From Candidatus Bathyarchaeota archaeon (lineage in GTDB: Archaea; Thermoproteota; Bathyarchaeia; Bathyarchaeales; Bathycorpusculaceae): a stretch of 64,000 nucleotides of DNA. The translations under genes were made by a program, and so were the position numbers. The stretch spans positions 32,001-96,000 of the forward strand of contig CAWAKC010000004.1 in the NCBI GenBank assembly GCA_963782525.1, given 5' to 3'. Below are positions 9,728 to 20,866 of the stretch, piece after piece (position 1 is the stretch's first letter; the number at the start of each line of letters is the position of its first letter). Below the pieces are notes generated by a model, which was not told where the DNA came from, made no database searches, and saw only the letters and a list, made by a program, of their open reading frames with translations.

Positions 9728-10219
9728 TTCTCCAACGCCGTATTTGGCGTCCACAGCTTTTAGGAGTGCTTTTCGAAGGTCCTCACCCTTCAACCCCGCT
9801 GTCTTTAAAACCCCAAAAGTCTCCGCCAACCCTTCGTCCTTAACTACTTCTTTTAGCCAATTCTCAAAATCGCCTCGATAAAGATGGAATTCCAGGGAAT
9901 CAATCGTGACCTGCTTGATGAACCTGTAAAACTGCTCTATCGACAACGCTGTAAAACCCAGTGGCTTTCCAAAATCAACGTAAAAGTTAAAGCCTAATTC
10001 GTTTGGTGCTTGCATAAAAATTTTCATGGCATTTTTGCCTTTTTCCGTTAATCCGAATCCGCCGCCTACTTTGCGCAAAAACCCTTCTTTGGCGAGCTCC
10101 TGTATCTCTGCTATGGCTTGGTTTGGGTTTAGGTTTACAGCTTGTGCAAACATGGTTAGATCCATGCGGTTGGTGGCTTCGTTCATAGTTTTTAGAATTC
10201 TGACTTGTACTTCCTTCAA
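9719..10219 (-). CDS. wHTH + DUF5752-like protein
   Basis: N-terminal wHTH (LAKEGFL...GLTEKG); C-terminal SLEFHLYRGDFENWL. Confidence 0.7.
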   Translation of the reverse strand: MKEVQVRILKTMNEATNRMDLTMFAQAVNLNPNQAIAEIQELAKEGFLRKVGGGFGLTEKGKNAMKIFMQAPNELGFNFYVDFGKPLGFTALSIEQFYRFIKQVTIDSLEFHLYRGDFENWLKEVVKDEGLAETFGVLKTAGLKGEDLRKALLKAVDAKYGVGELL

Positions 10220-10342
10220 GAAACTTCCGCCTCGTTGTTATGCATGATATTAGGGAAATGGGAAATTTAAATGTGTTAATGCGCTAGTTGTTAAATGGCA
10301 AGTTTTTATTTCTCTAAATCCACAAATTAACTGGGACACGGC

Positions 10343-10663
10343 ATGAATACCGAATACATCATAGTTTTTGTTACAACAGCAAATAAAGCAGAAGCTGAAA
10401 AAATCTCCCAAGCACTCCTAACTAAAAGCCTAATTGCCTGCGCCAATATCATAAACCCAGTTACTTCATTCTTTTTTTGGTCAGGCAAGATTGATCGGAC
10501 GGAGGAGTGTTTGGTGGTTATGAAGTCTCGGCGGGATTTGTTTTTGGAGTTGGTGGAGCTGTTGAAGGGGTTGCATAGTTATGAAGTTCCTGAGGTCTTG
10601 GCGCTTCCGATTGTTGAGGGTTCAAAGGCTTATTTGGATTGGATGGCTAAAGTGCTCAAATGA
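10343..10663 (+). CDS. cutA: Divalent-cation tolerance protein CutA
   Basis: LIACANI, WSGKI, HSYEVPEVLALPI, YLDW. Confidence 0.92.
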   Translation: MNTEYIIVFVTTANKAEAEKISQALLTKSLIACANIINPVTSFFFWSGKIDRTEECLVVMKSRRDLFLELVELLKGLHSYEVPEVLALPIVEGSKAYLDWMAKVLK

Positions 10664-10875
10664 CGCTCTGTCGACTTAAATATTGTAACAACTAATATCG
10701 GAAAATCCCCTTGTGCTGTCAATAGATTCAGCTGCCAAGCTATAACCTCAACAAAGAAACCTTTGCAAGAAAAAAGAACTAAAACATTATTAGCTCAAAC
10801 ACGATAATAACCCAAAACTGCAATTTCATAATCTGCTAATAGGAGCTTTTTAGTTAGTCAACATACCTTACGAGA

Positions 10876-11892
10876 ATGTTTTTATCTCTTAATTTTGGCT
10901 CATACTACATTAGGGTAATGGGATATCAATTGCTAAGTAGAAAAAAACTAGTAGTTTTTGCTCTAATTGCAGTAATTTCCATTTCTTCAGGTATATATGC
11001 ATATTCAAATTTTATAACAAACCAAGACTCAAAGGTTGACGATTCAAACAATGATTTGCTTATTGAAAGCTTTAGTCCCTCAACAATTGGAAGTAATGTA
11101 ACTGGTGGCACATTTGTGCTCGTCAACCTCACAAACAAGAATTTTGAGAACCTAACATTAACTATTAAAATCGACGATTCAGATCTAATAATACCGAATT
11201 TACGTTTACAAATACATCTACCTACCGAGGCGCCTTTTGGTAATTATAGCGTTCCAATAACCCAAATAAGCATCGAGCCAAATCAAAATCAGACGATTCA
11301 ACTTTATCTTTATGATCCAACCCAAAATGAGACTAGTCAGCTTTATCGTACAAGTGTCAACTTACAAACTTTTAGTGCTCACATACTACGGTTCTATATT
11401 ACCCAAAAGACACTGGGAGACATAGTTAACGGTCAATCCTTAACAATTCCTCAAGAAAAGGCTTACTTACAAATCATCAGTTACAGCTCAATAGAACACG
11501 ATAATGAAACGTGGCATGAGTACTTTAACAGCAGCACAAACCGGTATGGGTATGTAAACGACCAACCTAACTTCTACCAACAGTACTATCATGCTGCCTA
11601 CTACCCAATGGAACCAGACTCTTACAGTTGGGCAAAAGCCATAAACCAAATCGGCGAACACTACTTCAATGTAACAGTATTCAACAATGGCACCTTTCCT
11701 GTGGATAAGATAGCGTTTTATTCGAGGGAAGGCGGAGTGTCATTTGCAATTGATAAGATCCTTCAACACAACGAAACCTATATTTTCCCTGTAGCCGCCA
11801 GCGGTGCAAACTGGTGGAGTGTTGAGAGCGTTAATCAACTGAGCAATTTCTATCCAGCGCAAGCCTATGCAAGTGGCGATTTGTACAAGTAG
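10876..11892 (+). CDS. Secreted/membrane-anchored hypothetical glycoprotein
   Basis: N-terminal TM segment, many N-x-S/T sequons; start probably the ATG at 10918. Confidence 0.6.
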   Translation: MFLSLNFGSYYIRVMGYQLLSRKKLVVFALIAVISISSGIYAYSNFITNQDSKVDDSNNDLLIESFSPSTIGSNVTGGTFVLVNLTNKNFENLTLTIKIDDSDLIIPNLRLQIHLPTEAPFGNYSVPITQISIEPNQNQTIQLYLYDPTQNETSQLYRTSVNLQTFSAHILRFYITQKTLGDIVNGQSLTIPQEKAYLQIISYSSIEHDNETWHEYFNSSTNRYGYVNDQPNFYQQYYHAAYYPMEPDSYSWAKAINQIGEHYFNVTVFNNGTFPVDKIAFYSREGGVSFAIDKILQHNETYIFPVAASGANWWSVESVNQLSNFYPAQAYASGDLYK

Positions 11893-12028
11893 ACATAGTG
11901 AGTTAAACAACAGTTAAGAAACCTTGACAAGTAATAAGCGCTGTTCAGTCAAGATTAATTGGTCTTGGTCATCTTCTCGCTTTTTTACGGATTCTTGCAC
12001 AGCTCCTCAATGATCGCATATTGTCTCG

Positions 12029-12044
12029 AGTACACTTTTGTACT
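12029..12044. promoter_or_regulatory. TRP-box-like operator upstream of the trp operon
   Basis: AGTACA-CTTT-TGTACT palindrome just upstream of TATA-like CTTAAATA. Confidence 0.5.
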
Positions 12045-12084
12045 GGTAAGCCTTAAATAAAACATTTCAGTATACTTCTGAACC

Positions 12085-13524
12085 ATAAGGAAGCATGACA
12101 AATGGGGAATCGCCTTTGGCAAAACACCAACACAAACCCAACACACAGTCAACCCACTAAACTACGTTAAATTCAACTACACAAACCAACCCATAGAAAT
12201 TTTCTCAAAACTCCACCAAAAATACAAAGCCGCCTACCTTTTAGAATCCATCGAAGGCCCCCAAAAACTTGCCCAATACTCGTTCTTAGGGTTCGACCCA
12301 AAAATCACTGTGACAGCCAAAAACGGAACTGTCACAACAACAAACCAGAAGACCAATCAAACCACCACCCAGCAAACTAGCGACCCCTTCAAACTCATAA
12401 AAGAGCAATTGCAACCCTACGCAAACGAAATGGTGGACTTCCGTTTTGTCGGCGGCGCATTAGGGTACATTTCCTATGATGCCATACGGTACATCGAGAA
12501 ACTGCCCAACCAAAAACCCGATGACCTCCAGTTTCCTGATTTGGAGATGGGTATTTTTGAGGACGGAATCGTTTTTGACCACACCATCAATCAGGCTTAC
12601 TATTATTTTAGACGCGAAAACCGATTAAAAGAAATCCAGACATTGGTCGATGAGCCAGCATCAGAAGAAGCACCATTCACCTACACTCAGCCAACTGTCA
12701 ACACGACAAAAGAGGATTTTGAGAAAGCTGTCGAAAAAGCCAAGGAGTATGTGATGGCTGGAGACGTATTTCAAGTTGTCCTCTCCAAACGTTTCCAGTT
12801 CCAATACACTGGCAGCCTCCTAACTTTCTACAAGAGTCTACGCCAAATCAACCCTTCACCCTATATGTTCTACTACAAATCTGACAAACGCCAAATCGTC
12901 GGCGCTAGCCCAGAGATGCTCGTCCGCATCGACAACCGAAAAGTCATAACTTTCCCAATTGCAGGCACAGCGCCCGCCACTGCAGACCACAAAGAAAACC
13001 TGCGCCTGGGCAAAGAACTGTTAAAAGACCAAAAAGAACGCGCCGAACACGTAATGCTCGTAGATTTAGCGAGAAATGACCTTGGCAGGATCAGCAAGTA
13101 CGGAAGCGTATCGGTTCCGGAGTTTATGCAGGTTCACCAGTTCAGCCATGTTCAACACATAGTTTCCCAAGTCATGGGCGACTTGCAAGAAGGATTAGAA
13201 AGTTTTGATGCCCTAAAGGCGGTGTTTCCCGCAGGTACAGTTTCGGGTGCACCCAAAGTCCGAGCCATGGAAATAATCGAGGAACTTGAGCCGTCGCGCC
13301 GTGGACCATATGCTGGTGCAGTCGGGTATTTCAGTTGCAACGGTAACGCAGACTTTGCCATAACAATACGCACCCTATTCGCTGAGGGCAATCAAGCGTA
13401 CATCCAAGCGGGTGCAGGCATTGTCGCTGATTCAGTGCCAGAGAAAGAGTGGTTTGAAACTGACCACAAAGCCAAGGCGCTTATGAAAGCGCTTGAACAT
13501 GCCGCAGGAGGCAATCAACCATGA
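12085..13524 (+). CDS. trpE: Anthranilate synthase component I (5' start uncertain)
   Basis: The frame upstream of the ORF-track start contains the conserved YLLESIEGP..AQYSFLG; NPSPYM, PIAGT, AEHVMLVDLARND, GTVSGAPK. Confidence 0.9.
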   Translation: MRKHDKWGIAFGKTPTQTQHTVNPLNYVKFNYTNQPIEIFSKLHQKYKAAYLLESIEGPQKLAQYSFLGFDPKITVTAKNGTVTTTNQKTNQTTTQQTSDPFKLIKEQLQPYANEMVDFRFVGGALGYISYDAIRYIEKLPNQKPDDLQFPDLEMGIFEDGIVFDHTINQAYYYFRRENRLKEIQTLVDEPASEEAPFTYTQPTVNTTKEDFEKAVEKAKEYVMAGDVFQVVLSKRFQFQYTGSLLTFYKSLRQINPSPYMFYYKSDKRQIVGASPEMLVRIDNRKVITFPIAGTAPATADHKENLRLGKELLKDQKERAEHVMLVDLARNDLGRISKYGSVSVPEFMQVHQFSHVQHIVSQVMGDLQEGLESFDALKAVFPAGTVSGAPKVRAMEIIEELEPSRRGPYAGAVGYFSCNGNADFAITIRTLFAEGNQAYIQAGAGIVADSVPEKEWFETDHKAKALMKALEHAAGGNQP

Positions 13525-14105
13525 AAGTACTGGTTATCGATAACTATGATTCGTTCGTTTACAATCTTGTCCAATACATAGGGGAACTCGGCGCAGAAAC
13601 CGTGGTTTACCGAAATGACCAAATCACCCTAACTGAAGCTGCAGAAATCAAGCCTGATCGCATCGTGATTTCGCCTGGACCTGGCAACCCCGAGGACGAC
13701 AAGTTCTTTGGCGTCTGCAAAGCAATCTTGCAAACCTTGAGCCCAACCATACCCACCTTGGGCGTTTGCTTGGGGCATCAAGGAATCATCCATACGTACG
13801 GCGGAAAAGTTGTTCACGCTAAAAAACTCATGCATGGCAAAACCTGTACAATAAAACACAACCAAAAAGCGATCTTTAGGGGTGTCCGCAATCCCCTCTG
13901 TGCAACTAGGTACCATTCGCTTGCGGGCGAACGAGAATCCATCCCCGATTGTCTTCAAATTACGGCGGAATCTGTCGAGGACGGCGAAATCATGGGCATC
14001 CGCCACGTCAAATACCCGATTTACGGTGTCCAATTCCACCCTGAATCCATTCTTTGCGAAGACGGCAAACTCATAATCAAAAACTTCCTGGAGAATAAAC
14101 AATGA
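13521..14105 (+). CDS. trpG: Anthranilate synthase component II (glutamine amidotransferase)
   Basis: IDNYDSF, SPGPG, GVCLGHQ, QFHPES. Confidence 0.95.
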   Translation: MKVLVIDNYDSFVYNLVQYIGELGAETVVYRNDQITLTEAAEIKPDRIVISPGPGNPEDDKFFGVCKAILQTLSPTIPTLGVCLGHQGIIHTYGGKVVHAKKLMHGKTCTIKHNQKAIFRGVRNPLCATRYHSLAGERESIPDCLQITAESVEDGEIMGIRHVKYPIYGVQFHPESILCEDGKLIIKNFLENKQ

Positions 14106-15160
14106 TTCGGGAAGGCATCCAAAAACTCATCGAAGCCAAAAACTTAACGTCTGAGGAATCAGGTGAAATCATGCAAGAAGTTATTTCCGGAAAAGCCACA
14201 AACGCTCAAACCGCCGCTTTTCTAACGGCTTTGCGTATGAAGGGCGAATCGGTTGAGGAACTAATAGCATTCGCTTCGGTAATGAAGAGCAGTAGCTGTC
14301 AAATTCACCCTAATGTGCATGGACGCTTAGTGGATACTTGTGGCACGGGCGGAGATAAAATAAAAACCTTCAACGTGAGCACGGCATCGGCGTTTGTTAT
14401 TGCAGGCGCTGGGGTCTCGGTCGCCAAACATGGAAACAGGGCAGTTACAAGCAAAAGCGGCAGCGCAGATGTTCTCGAAAAACTGGGTTTAAACATAAAC
14501 TTGGAACCTAAAACCGTTGAAGGCATCATAGAAAAAATCGGGATAGGCTTCATGTTTGCTCCAGCGTTTCATCCTGCCATGAAGTATGCTGGCGAAACCA
14601 GACGCGAGATCGGCATCCGAACCGTTTTCAACATCCTTGGACCCATAACAAACCCTGCATGTGCCAATGCTCAAGTACTCGGAGTTTACGATTCAAAACT
14701 GGTGGTTCCTTTGGCTTTTGCCCTTGAGAAGTTGGGTTGTCTAGAAGCGATGGTTGTTCATGGACTGGACGGATTAGATGAGATTTCCACGATTGGAAAA
14801 ACCATCATTGCACATCTAAAGAAGGGTAATGTGGCGAAAATGGAGTTGGTTCCCAGCAATTTTGGAGTAAAAACCGCAGCGATAGCTGATTTGCAGTCGT
14901 CTTCATCCGAAGAAAGTGCTGAAATTCTCTATAAAATCTTAAGTGGCAAAACCGTTGATGATGCGAAGGCAGAGATTGTGCTCGTTAACAGTGCAGCAGG
15001 AATAATCATTGGCGGCAAAGCAGAAAACTTTGCGGAAGGCATGGAATTAGCGCGAAAATCCATCGCGAGTGGAGCGGCATACAACAAACTAAAAGAATTA
15101 ATTAAAATATCAAATGGCAGCTTACAAAGACTTGAGGAGCTTGAAGCAAAATATGATTGA
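14102..15160 (+). CDS. trpD: Anthranilate phosphoribosyltransferase
   Basis: DTCGTGGD, FNVST, KHGNR, GSADVLE, GLDE. Confidence 0.95.
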   Translation: MIREGIQKLIEAKNLTSEESGEIMQEVISGKATNAQTAAFLTALRMKGESVEELIAFASVMKSSSCQIHPNVHGRLVDTCGTGGDKIKTFNVSTASAFVIAGAGVSVAKHGNRAVTSKSGSADVLEKLGLNINLEPKTVEGIIEKIGIGFMFAPAFHPAMKYAGETRREIGIRTVFNILGPITNPACANAQVLGVYDSKLVVPLAFALEKLGCLEAMVVHGLDGLDEISTIGKTIIAHLKKGNVAKMELVPSNFGVKTAAIADLQSSSSEESAEILYKILSGKTVDDAKAEIVLVNSAAGIIIGGKAENFAEGMELARKSIASGAAYNKLKELIKISNGSLQRLEELEAKYD

Positions 15161-15929
15161 TTTCCTAGACACATTAGCAATGGATGCGACGAAAACAATT
15201 GACAGCGGATACTACAAAACCGCTGCGTCCACGAACAAACCGAAGGTTAGCCTAAAATACGCAATCTTGCAATGCAAAGCTAACCCAGTGATAACGGAGA
15301 TTAAAGCAGCCTCTCCCTCTCTTGGCACGATCAGAAGCCAAGTGAACCACAAAGAAATTGCTAACGCCATGGAAAAAGGCGGCGCCGTCGGCATTTCAGT
15401 TTTAACCGAGCCCAAACACTTCCAAGGCTCCCTGTCCGCACTGATTCAATCAAGAGAAGTAGTTAAACTGCCCATACTGATGAAAGACATCGTCATCGTT
15501 GCGGAACAAATCGAAATTGCAGCACAGATTGGCGCAGATGCGGTTTTGCTAATTCAAGGGCTTTTTGATAAGGGATGCTGTGAAATGAGCGTAGACAAGA
15601 CTGTAGCATTTGCCCATTCAAAGGGACTCGAGGTTTTGCTTGAAACCCACACCGCAGAAGAATTTCAAGCAGCGGCTGAAACAGACGCAGACCTAATAGG
15701 GATAAATAACCGAAATCTCGGAACCCTAAAAATCGACTTAAACACTACAAAAGAAATCCTCAAAAAAAATGGTGATTGCGGCAAAGTGGTGGTAAGTGAA
15801 AGCGGAATCAAAACACCCAAAGACCTGCGTTTCCTCCGTGAATGCGGCGCAAAGGCTTTCCTCATTGGATCGCGCATAATGTTAACTGAAAACATTGAAG
15901 ATAAAGTCAAGGAGTTTGTAGAAGCATGA
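15153..15929 (+). CDS. trpC: Indole-3-glycerol phosphate synthase
   Basis: [27 protein letters not shown]. Confidence 0.95.
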   Translation: MIDFLDTLAMDATKTIDSGYYKTAASTNKPKVSLKYAILQCKANPVITEIKAASPSLGTIRSQVNHKEIANAMEKGGAVGISVLTEPKHFQGSLSALIQSREVVKLPILMKDIVIVAEQIEIAAQIGADAVLLIQGLFDKGCCEMSVDKTVAFAHSKGLEVLLETHTAEEFQAAAETDADLIGINNRNLGTLKIDLNTTKEILKKNGDCGKVVVSESGIKTPKDLRFLRECGAKAFLIGSRIMLTENIEDKVKEFVEA

Positions 15930-17122
15930 AACTAAGCGACTACCCGGTTGACGGAAAATACGGCAAATACGGCGGACGGTTTGTCCCCGAAATTTTAATG
16001 GAAGCCATTAATGAACTAGCAGAAGCCTATGATAAAGCCAAAGCAGACCCCACATTTCAAAACCAACTAAATTATTATTTGGCTGACTTTGTTGGGCGAC
16101 CCACGTCACTCTACTTCGCTGAGAATTTGACGCGCAAATTGGGCGGAGCAAAAATCTACCTCAAACGCGAAGACCTAGCGCACGGTGGAGCACACAAAAT
16201 TAACAACACACTCGGACAGGCTCTCCTCGCCAAACGCATGGGTAAAACACGCATCATCGCTGAGACGGGCGCAGGGCAACATGGTGTAGCAACGGCAATT
16301 GCTTGCGCCGCTTTGGGTTTGAAGGCCGTTGTGTTCATGGGCACTGAAGACTGCGAACGACAACGCCTCAACGTCTTCCGCATGAAACTCTTAAACGCAG
16401 AAGTGCACCCCGTTGAATCTGGCTCAAAAACACTCAAAGACTCCATCAACGAAGCCTTCCGCGACTGGGTAACCAACCTCGAATCCACCTATTACCTGAT
16501 TGGTTCTACAATGGGTCCACATCCTTATCCCATGATTGTACGGGACTTTCAAAGCGTCATAGGCAAGGAAATCAAGACGCAGTTTAAGCAGAAGACTGGC
16601 GAGTTGCCTGATGCTTTAGTGGCTTGTGTGGGTGGAGGAAGCAACGCTATGGGTACATTCTATCCTTTTGAAGATGACAGGGAAGTGGCGCTTTATGGTG
16701 TGGAAGCTGCAGGGGAAGGTATTGAAACAGGGAAACATGCGGCAACGCTTGCCGCTGGCTCTGAAGGCGTATTCCATGGCATGTTCACATACGTGCTTCA
16801 AGATAGCAATGGGCAAATCCAAAACACCCAAAGCATCTCAGCAGGACTTGATTACCCCGGTGTGGGTCCTGAGCATTCGTTTCTCAAAATTTCCAAGCGC
16901 GCTAACTATACTTCAGCTACAGACAAAGAGGCTGTAGACGCATTCCTCACATTATCTAAGGAAGAAGGCATTTTGCCAGCGCTTGAGTCATCACACGCAG
17001 TAGCTTATGTTATGAAGTTGGCCCCTAAAATGAAGAAAACCCAATCCATCGTGGTTACGCTTTCGGGTCGCGGAGACAAAGACGTAGAAACAATCGCTCA
17101 TTACATAGGTGCAAAAATATGA
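15926..17122 (+). CDS. trpB: Tryptophan synthase beta chain
   Basis: [37 protein letters not shown]. Confidence 0.97.
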   Translation: MKLSDYPVDGKYGKYGGRFVPEILMEAINELAEAYDKAKADPTFQNQLNYYLADFVGRPTSLYFAENLTRKLGGAKIYLKREDLAHGGAHKINNTLGQALLAKRMGKTRIIAETGAGQHGVATAIACAALGLKAVVFMGTEDCERQRLNVFRMKLLNAEVHPVESGSKTLKDSINEAFRDWVTNLESTYYLIGSTMGPHPYPMIVRDFQSVIGKEIKTQFKQKTGELPDALVACVGGGSNAMGTFYPFEDDREVALYGVEAAGEGIETGKHAATLAAGSEGVFHGMFTYVLQDSNGQIQNTQSISAGLDYPGVGPEHSFLKISKRANYTSATDKEAVDAFLTLSKEEGILPALESSHAVAYVMKLAPKMKKTQSIVVTLSGRGDKDVETIAHYIGAKI

Positions 17123-17925
17123 ACACGATAAAAGCAACTTTCCAAAAAGTCAAAGCCAAAGGCGACGGTTTGCTCATCGGTTATATCACTGGAGGAGATC
17201 CAACACCAGAGCAGACGCCGAAAATTGCAGATGCACTCATCAAAGGCGGCGTTGACATCTTAGAGTTGGGGCTGCCGTTTTCTGATCCCATTGCTGATGG
17301 ACCAACAATTCAGGCGGCAAGCCTCCGCGCCCTAAACGCCGGCACAACGCCGATGAAAGTGCTGGAAATCGCGAAAGAAATCAAGAGCCAACATGACATA
17401 CCCATCTTAGTGATGACATACTATAACCCAGTGTTCCATCTTGGACTCGACAAATTCCTTGCGTCCGCCAAAGATCATGGTGTTGACGGTTTCATTGTTC
17501 CCGATTTGCCCGTTGAAGAAGCAGATGACTACCGAAAAGCTGCGATGGAGCATAGTTTGGACACGGTTTTCCTTGCTTCCCCAGCCACCTCAAACGAGCG
17601 TCTCACCAAAATCGTTGATGCGTCATCAGGTTTCCTCTATTTGGTTTCGCGTTTCGGGGTAACCGGCGCCCAATCTGATTTGGCAGATTCAACGATGCAG
17701 CTTATCAAACGAATTCAACCATTTACGGCAGGAAAGATTCCGTTGGCAGTTGGCTTTGGAATATCAAAACCAGAGCATGTCAAACGGGTGATTGGGGCAG
17801 GAGCTGATGCAGCCATTGTTGGAAGCGCATTCATAAACATTATACAAAAAAACAGCCCAAACATGCTAAAAGAACTTCAAACAACAGCGCAAGCCCTCAA
17901 AACAGCAACAAGAAAGTCGAAGTAG
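17119..17925 (+). CDS. trpA: Tryptophan synthase alpha chain
   Basis: [27 protein letters not shown]. Confidence 0.97.
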   Translation: MNTIKATFQKVKAKGDGLLIGYITGGDPTPEQTPKIADALIKGGVDILELGLPFSDPIADGPTIQAASLRALNAGTTPMKVLEIAKEIKSQHDIPILVMTYYNPVFHLGLDKFLASAKDHGVDGFIVPDLPVEEADDYRKAAMEHSLDTVFLASPATSNERLTKIVDASSGFLYLVSRFGVTGAQSDLADSTMQLIKRIQPFTAGKIPLAVGFGISKPEHVKRVIGAGADAAIVGSAFINIIQKNSPNMLKELQTTAQALKTATRKSK

Positions 17926-17985
17926 CATGAAACTGTCTATCGCCACTGGGAAAGTTTTAAAGTCCGATTAATCCATCTATGTGCG

Positions 17986-18302
17986 GCGGTGGATCTTAGG
18001 CGGTGGGTTAGGGGTCCATTGTACCGTAAATCCTCTACATGACGGGCTAACATCTGCGGATGAGGCGTCAGTGGCCGCTTGAACTTCCATTTCCGAACCA
18101 GTGACTATCCGTCCTTTGGGGCTGGCGGTCGATGGGTGGCTTCCGTAGGGAAGTTACTTCATCGTTTAGCAGGCGAACCTGGCTAGGCTCGGGAGAGAGC
18201 AACCTAAGTTTGGACGTTATGCGCTCAAGGGGGTGCGGGTAAGAGTGTAGGGTTTGGAGGCTTCAGACGGATTCTGGGCGTCAAACCGCAGTGGTCCACC
18301 GC
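17986..18302 (+). ncRNA. ffs: Archaeal signal recognition particle (7S) RNA
   Basis: ~317 nt GC-rich island; termini pair (GCGGTGGATC/GGTCCACCGC); helix-8 motif GCTAGGCTC-GGGA-GAGAGCAAC; TATA TTTTAAAG ~25 nt upstream; T-rich tract downstream. Confidence 0.85.
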
Positions 18303-18325
18303 TACTTATTTTCATTTTAAAAAAA

Positions 18326-20866
18326 TTATTTTATGGGGATTTGGATGTTGAATGTTGTGCCTTTTCCTTGTTTGCTGCTGAAAGTTATTTTTCCATCTTG
18401 CGCCTCAACCAAACGCTTAACCACAGCTAAACCGAAACCTTGACCCTTAGATTTTGTAGTAAATAGGGGCGTGAAAAGTTTATCTTGCACCTCAACTGGA
18501 ATGCCTTCGCCAGTATCGTGAACGCTGATGCATGCTTGATTGTTTTCGCATTTAGCTTTAATTTTTAGTTTTCCACCGTTAGGCATGGCTTGCACGGCAT
18601 TCTGGATTAGGTTGATAAGGGCGCGCTTCAGCATGGAGAAGTCAGCTGTAACCTGTGGAAAACCCTCTTCGATTGCGATATCCACTTTCAGGCTGTTTGG
18701 GATGGCGACGATGAGTAATGCTTCTTCGATGGCTTTTTCAACGTTAACTTTTTCCCAGTTAGGCTTCAATGGCTTAGTGTAATCTTGCAAGTCCGCAACG
18801 ATTTTGTCTATATAAAACAGGTTTTGTTCAATGAAGGCACAACTTTCCTCTAAACTTTTTTTGGAGTCTGCATTACTGATTGAGTTTATCTCGTCTTTTG
18901 CTAAGTATAGTTCGCCAACGATAGCTTGTAAGGGGTTACGGATGTCGTGTCCAACCATACCTGCAGTTTGACCAATAGTAATCAACCGTTCCGCTTGGCT
19001 GAGCTGTCGTGCCCGTTCCTTAGCAAGCTCCTCCATCTGGTTAGCATATTTTTTCAATTGCACTGCTGCGGCATCTTTTTCTTTTCGAAGCCTAAGCATT
19101 TCGATGCCGTAGGCAAAGTCGTTGGCTAATTCTGTTAGAAGTTTGCTTTCTTCTTCGGTGAATGGGTCTTTTTCTTGGCTGTAGATGTTTAGGGCACCAA
19201 AGGTTTTGCCTTCAAACGAAGAAAGCGGCAAGACAAGTGAAGCGGTGTATTTTCTTTTTGTTGCTTGTTCTCGCCACAGTTCAAAATTTGGATCCAAGTT
19301 CATGTTTCTACAAATGTAGGATTTTCCAGTTCGAATGACCGTTCCTGTGGGCCCTCGTCCACGCGGTTTATCGGCCCATGTTATGTTGAGTTGGTCAATG
19401 TATTCTTTATCGAAGCCTGAATAAGCTACTGGGCGGACAGTTTTGCTTTTGTCGTGTTGCGCCATTCCTACCCAAACCAGTGCATAGCCGCAGTCGTGGA
19501 CGATTATGTTGCAGACCTCTTTGGTTAAAGTGTCTTCATCGGTTGCATGTATAAGGGCTTCGTTGCTGTTGCCGATTGCTCTTAAGTGGCGATTAAGATT
19601 GCTGAGGATCGCTTCTGCTTTTTTGCGTTCAGTAATGTTTCTGGCGACATGTACTGTGCCAACGAGGTTTCCTTTGTCATCTCTGAGAGGAGTTGTGCTT
19701 ACCAAGAAGTCTCCTCCCAAACGAGGCGCATGAACTTCAGCCGTATGCTCCTTCCCATCATTCACAGTTTTTGCATGTGGACAAAAATCAGGCGGATTAT
19801 CCAGTCCGTGAACACATTGATAACAGAATAACCCGACAGCCTGCTCTTTAGACACACCCAACTGCTGAGCCATAGCTCGGTTGGCACGCACAAGTCTAAA
19901 ATTATTATCCAAAACAGCAACGAAATCGGGAACACTGTCAAAAGTGCGTTCCCAATCCTGTTTTGCTCGGCGAAGATCCAGCTCGGCTTTCTTTTGATCT
20001 GTTATATCGTGAACCATTCCAATAGATCGGATAATTTTACCTGATTCATCTCGGATATGGTTACATTTTTCGTAAACAACCCTTATTTCGCCAGTATGTT
20101 TTTTGATTACTCGATGCTCAATCTCATAGGAGTCCTTTCCTTGCTTGAGTGAACCAGAATAAGTGGCATCTACCGCAGCCCTGTCATCCGGGTGAATGTA
20201 GCTGAGGAAAGCTTCGTAGGTTGCGCCAAATTCTTGGGGCTTTAACCCGAAAATGCGGTAAACCTCATCCGACCAAGTCAATTTGTTATTTTTCAAGTCG
20301 AGTTCCCAGCTGCCCAGATGCGCTATCTCTTGGCTTCGGTTAAGGCGCTTCTCGCTTTCCTCCAATGCCTCCTGGATCTGTTTACGTTTAGTTATATCTT
20401 CGAAGATAGCGGCAAAATAGCCTTTTTGCGGGCAGTAAACAGATATGGATAGCCACAATTTTAATGGCTTGAAGAATACTTCAAATTTTTCTTCTCTGCA
20501 GGATAGGGCAACTCTGCCGTAGATTTCAAACAGTTCAGGGTTGGCTTCTTTGATTCCTGGAATGGCTTGTGTCACTTTCTTTCCAACAACAAGTTCCCTT
20601 TTCAGCCCCGTTATTCTAACAAAAGCGTCGTTAATTTCGAGATAAATAAAATCAATCGGCCTGTTTTCTGAGTCAAAAATCATTTTGCAGAAAGCAAAAC
20701 CATCGATCATGTTGCTGAACAAGGAGAGGTAACGTTCTTCGCTTGCTCTAAGTTTCTCTTCAGTATCCATGTGAATAGGATTAGGCCTAGCAACTGAGGG
20801 CTGGCTACGGGAAAATTCATCCATTGGAGACTCCCTTGAAACTATTATTGAGGACAACAGAATCAT
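18326..20866 (-). CDS. PAS/PAC-GAF sensor histidine kinase
   Basis: Three PAS-like repeats, GAF, HDIRNPL H-box, NAVQA, DTGEGI, FTTKSKGQGFGL. Confidence 0.92.
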   Translation of the reverse strand: MILLSSIIVSRESPMDEFSRSQPSVARPNPIHMDTEEKLRASEERYLSLFSNMIDGFAFCKMIFDSENRPIDFIYLEINDAFVRITGLKRELVVGKKVTQAIPGIKEANPELFEIYGRVALSCREEKFEVFFKPLKLWLSISVYCPQKGYFAAIFEDITKRKQIQEALEESEKRLNRSQEIAHLGSWELDLKNNKLTWSDEVYRIFGLKPQEFGATYEAFLSYIHPDDRAAVDATYSGSLKQGKDSYEIEHRVIKKHTGEIRVVYEKCNHIRDESGKIIRSIGMVHDITDQKKAELDLRRAKQDWERTFDSVPDFVAVLDNNFRLVRANRAMAQQLGVSKEQAVGLFCYQCVHGLDNPPDFCPHAKTVNDGKEHTAEVHAPRLGGDFLVSTTPLRDDKGNLVGTVHVARNITERKKAEAILSNLNRHLRAIGNSNEALIHATDEDTLTKEVCNIIVHDCGYALVWVGMAQHDKSKTVRPVAYSGFDKEYIDQLNITWADKPRGRGPTGTVIRTGKSYICRNMNLDPNFELWREQATKRKYTASLVLPLSSFEGKTFGALNIYSQEKDPFTEEESKLLTELANDFAYGIEMLRLRKEKDAAAVQLKKYANQMEELAKERARQLSQAERLITIGQTAGMVGHDIRNPLQAIVGELYLAKDEINSISNADSKKSLEESCAFIEQNLFYIDKIVADLQDYTKPLKPNWEKVNVEKAIEEALLIVAIPNSLKVDIAIEEGFPQVTADFSMLKRALINLIQNAVQAMPNGGKLKIKAKCENNQACISVHDTGEGIPVEVQDKLFTPLFTTKSKGQGFGLAVVKRLVEAQDGKITFSSKQGKGTTFNIQIPIK

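Noticed and set aside
12095-12160. Trp attenuator leader peptide
   Set aside because: No Trp codons in this ORF and no terminator/antiterminator stems
17986-18302. RNase P RNA or novel ncRNA
   Set aside because: Lacks the RNase P GAGGAAAGTCC and ACAGAA motifs; size, terminal pairing and helix-8 motif fit SRP RNA
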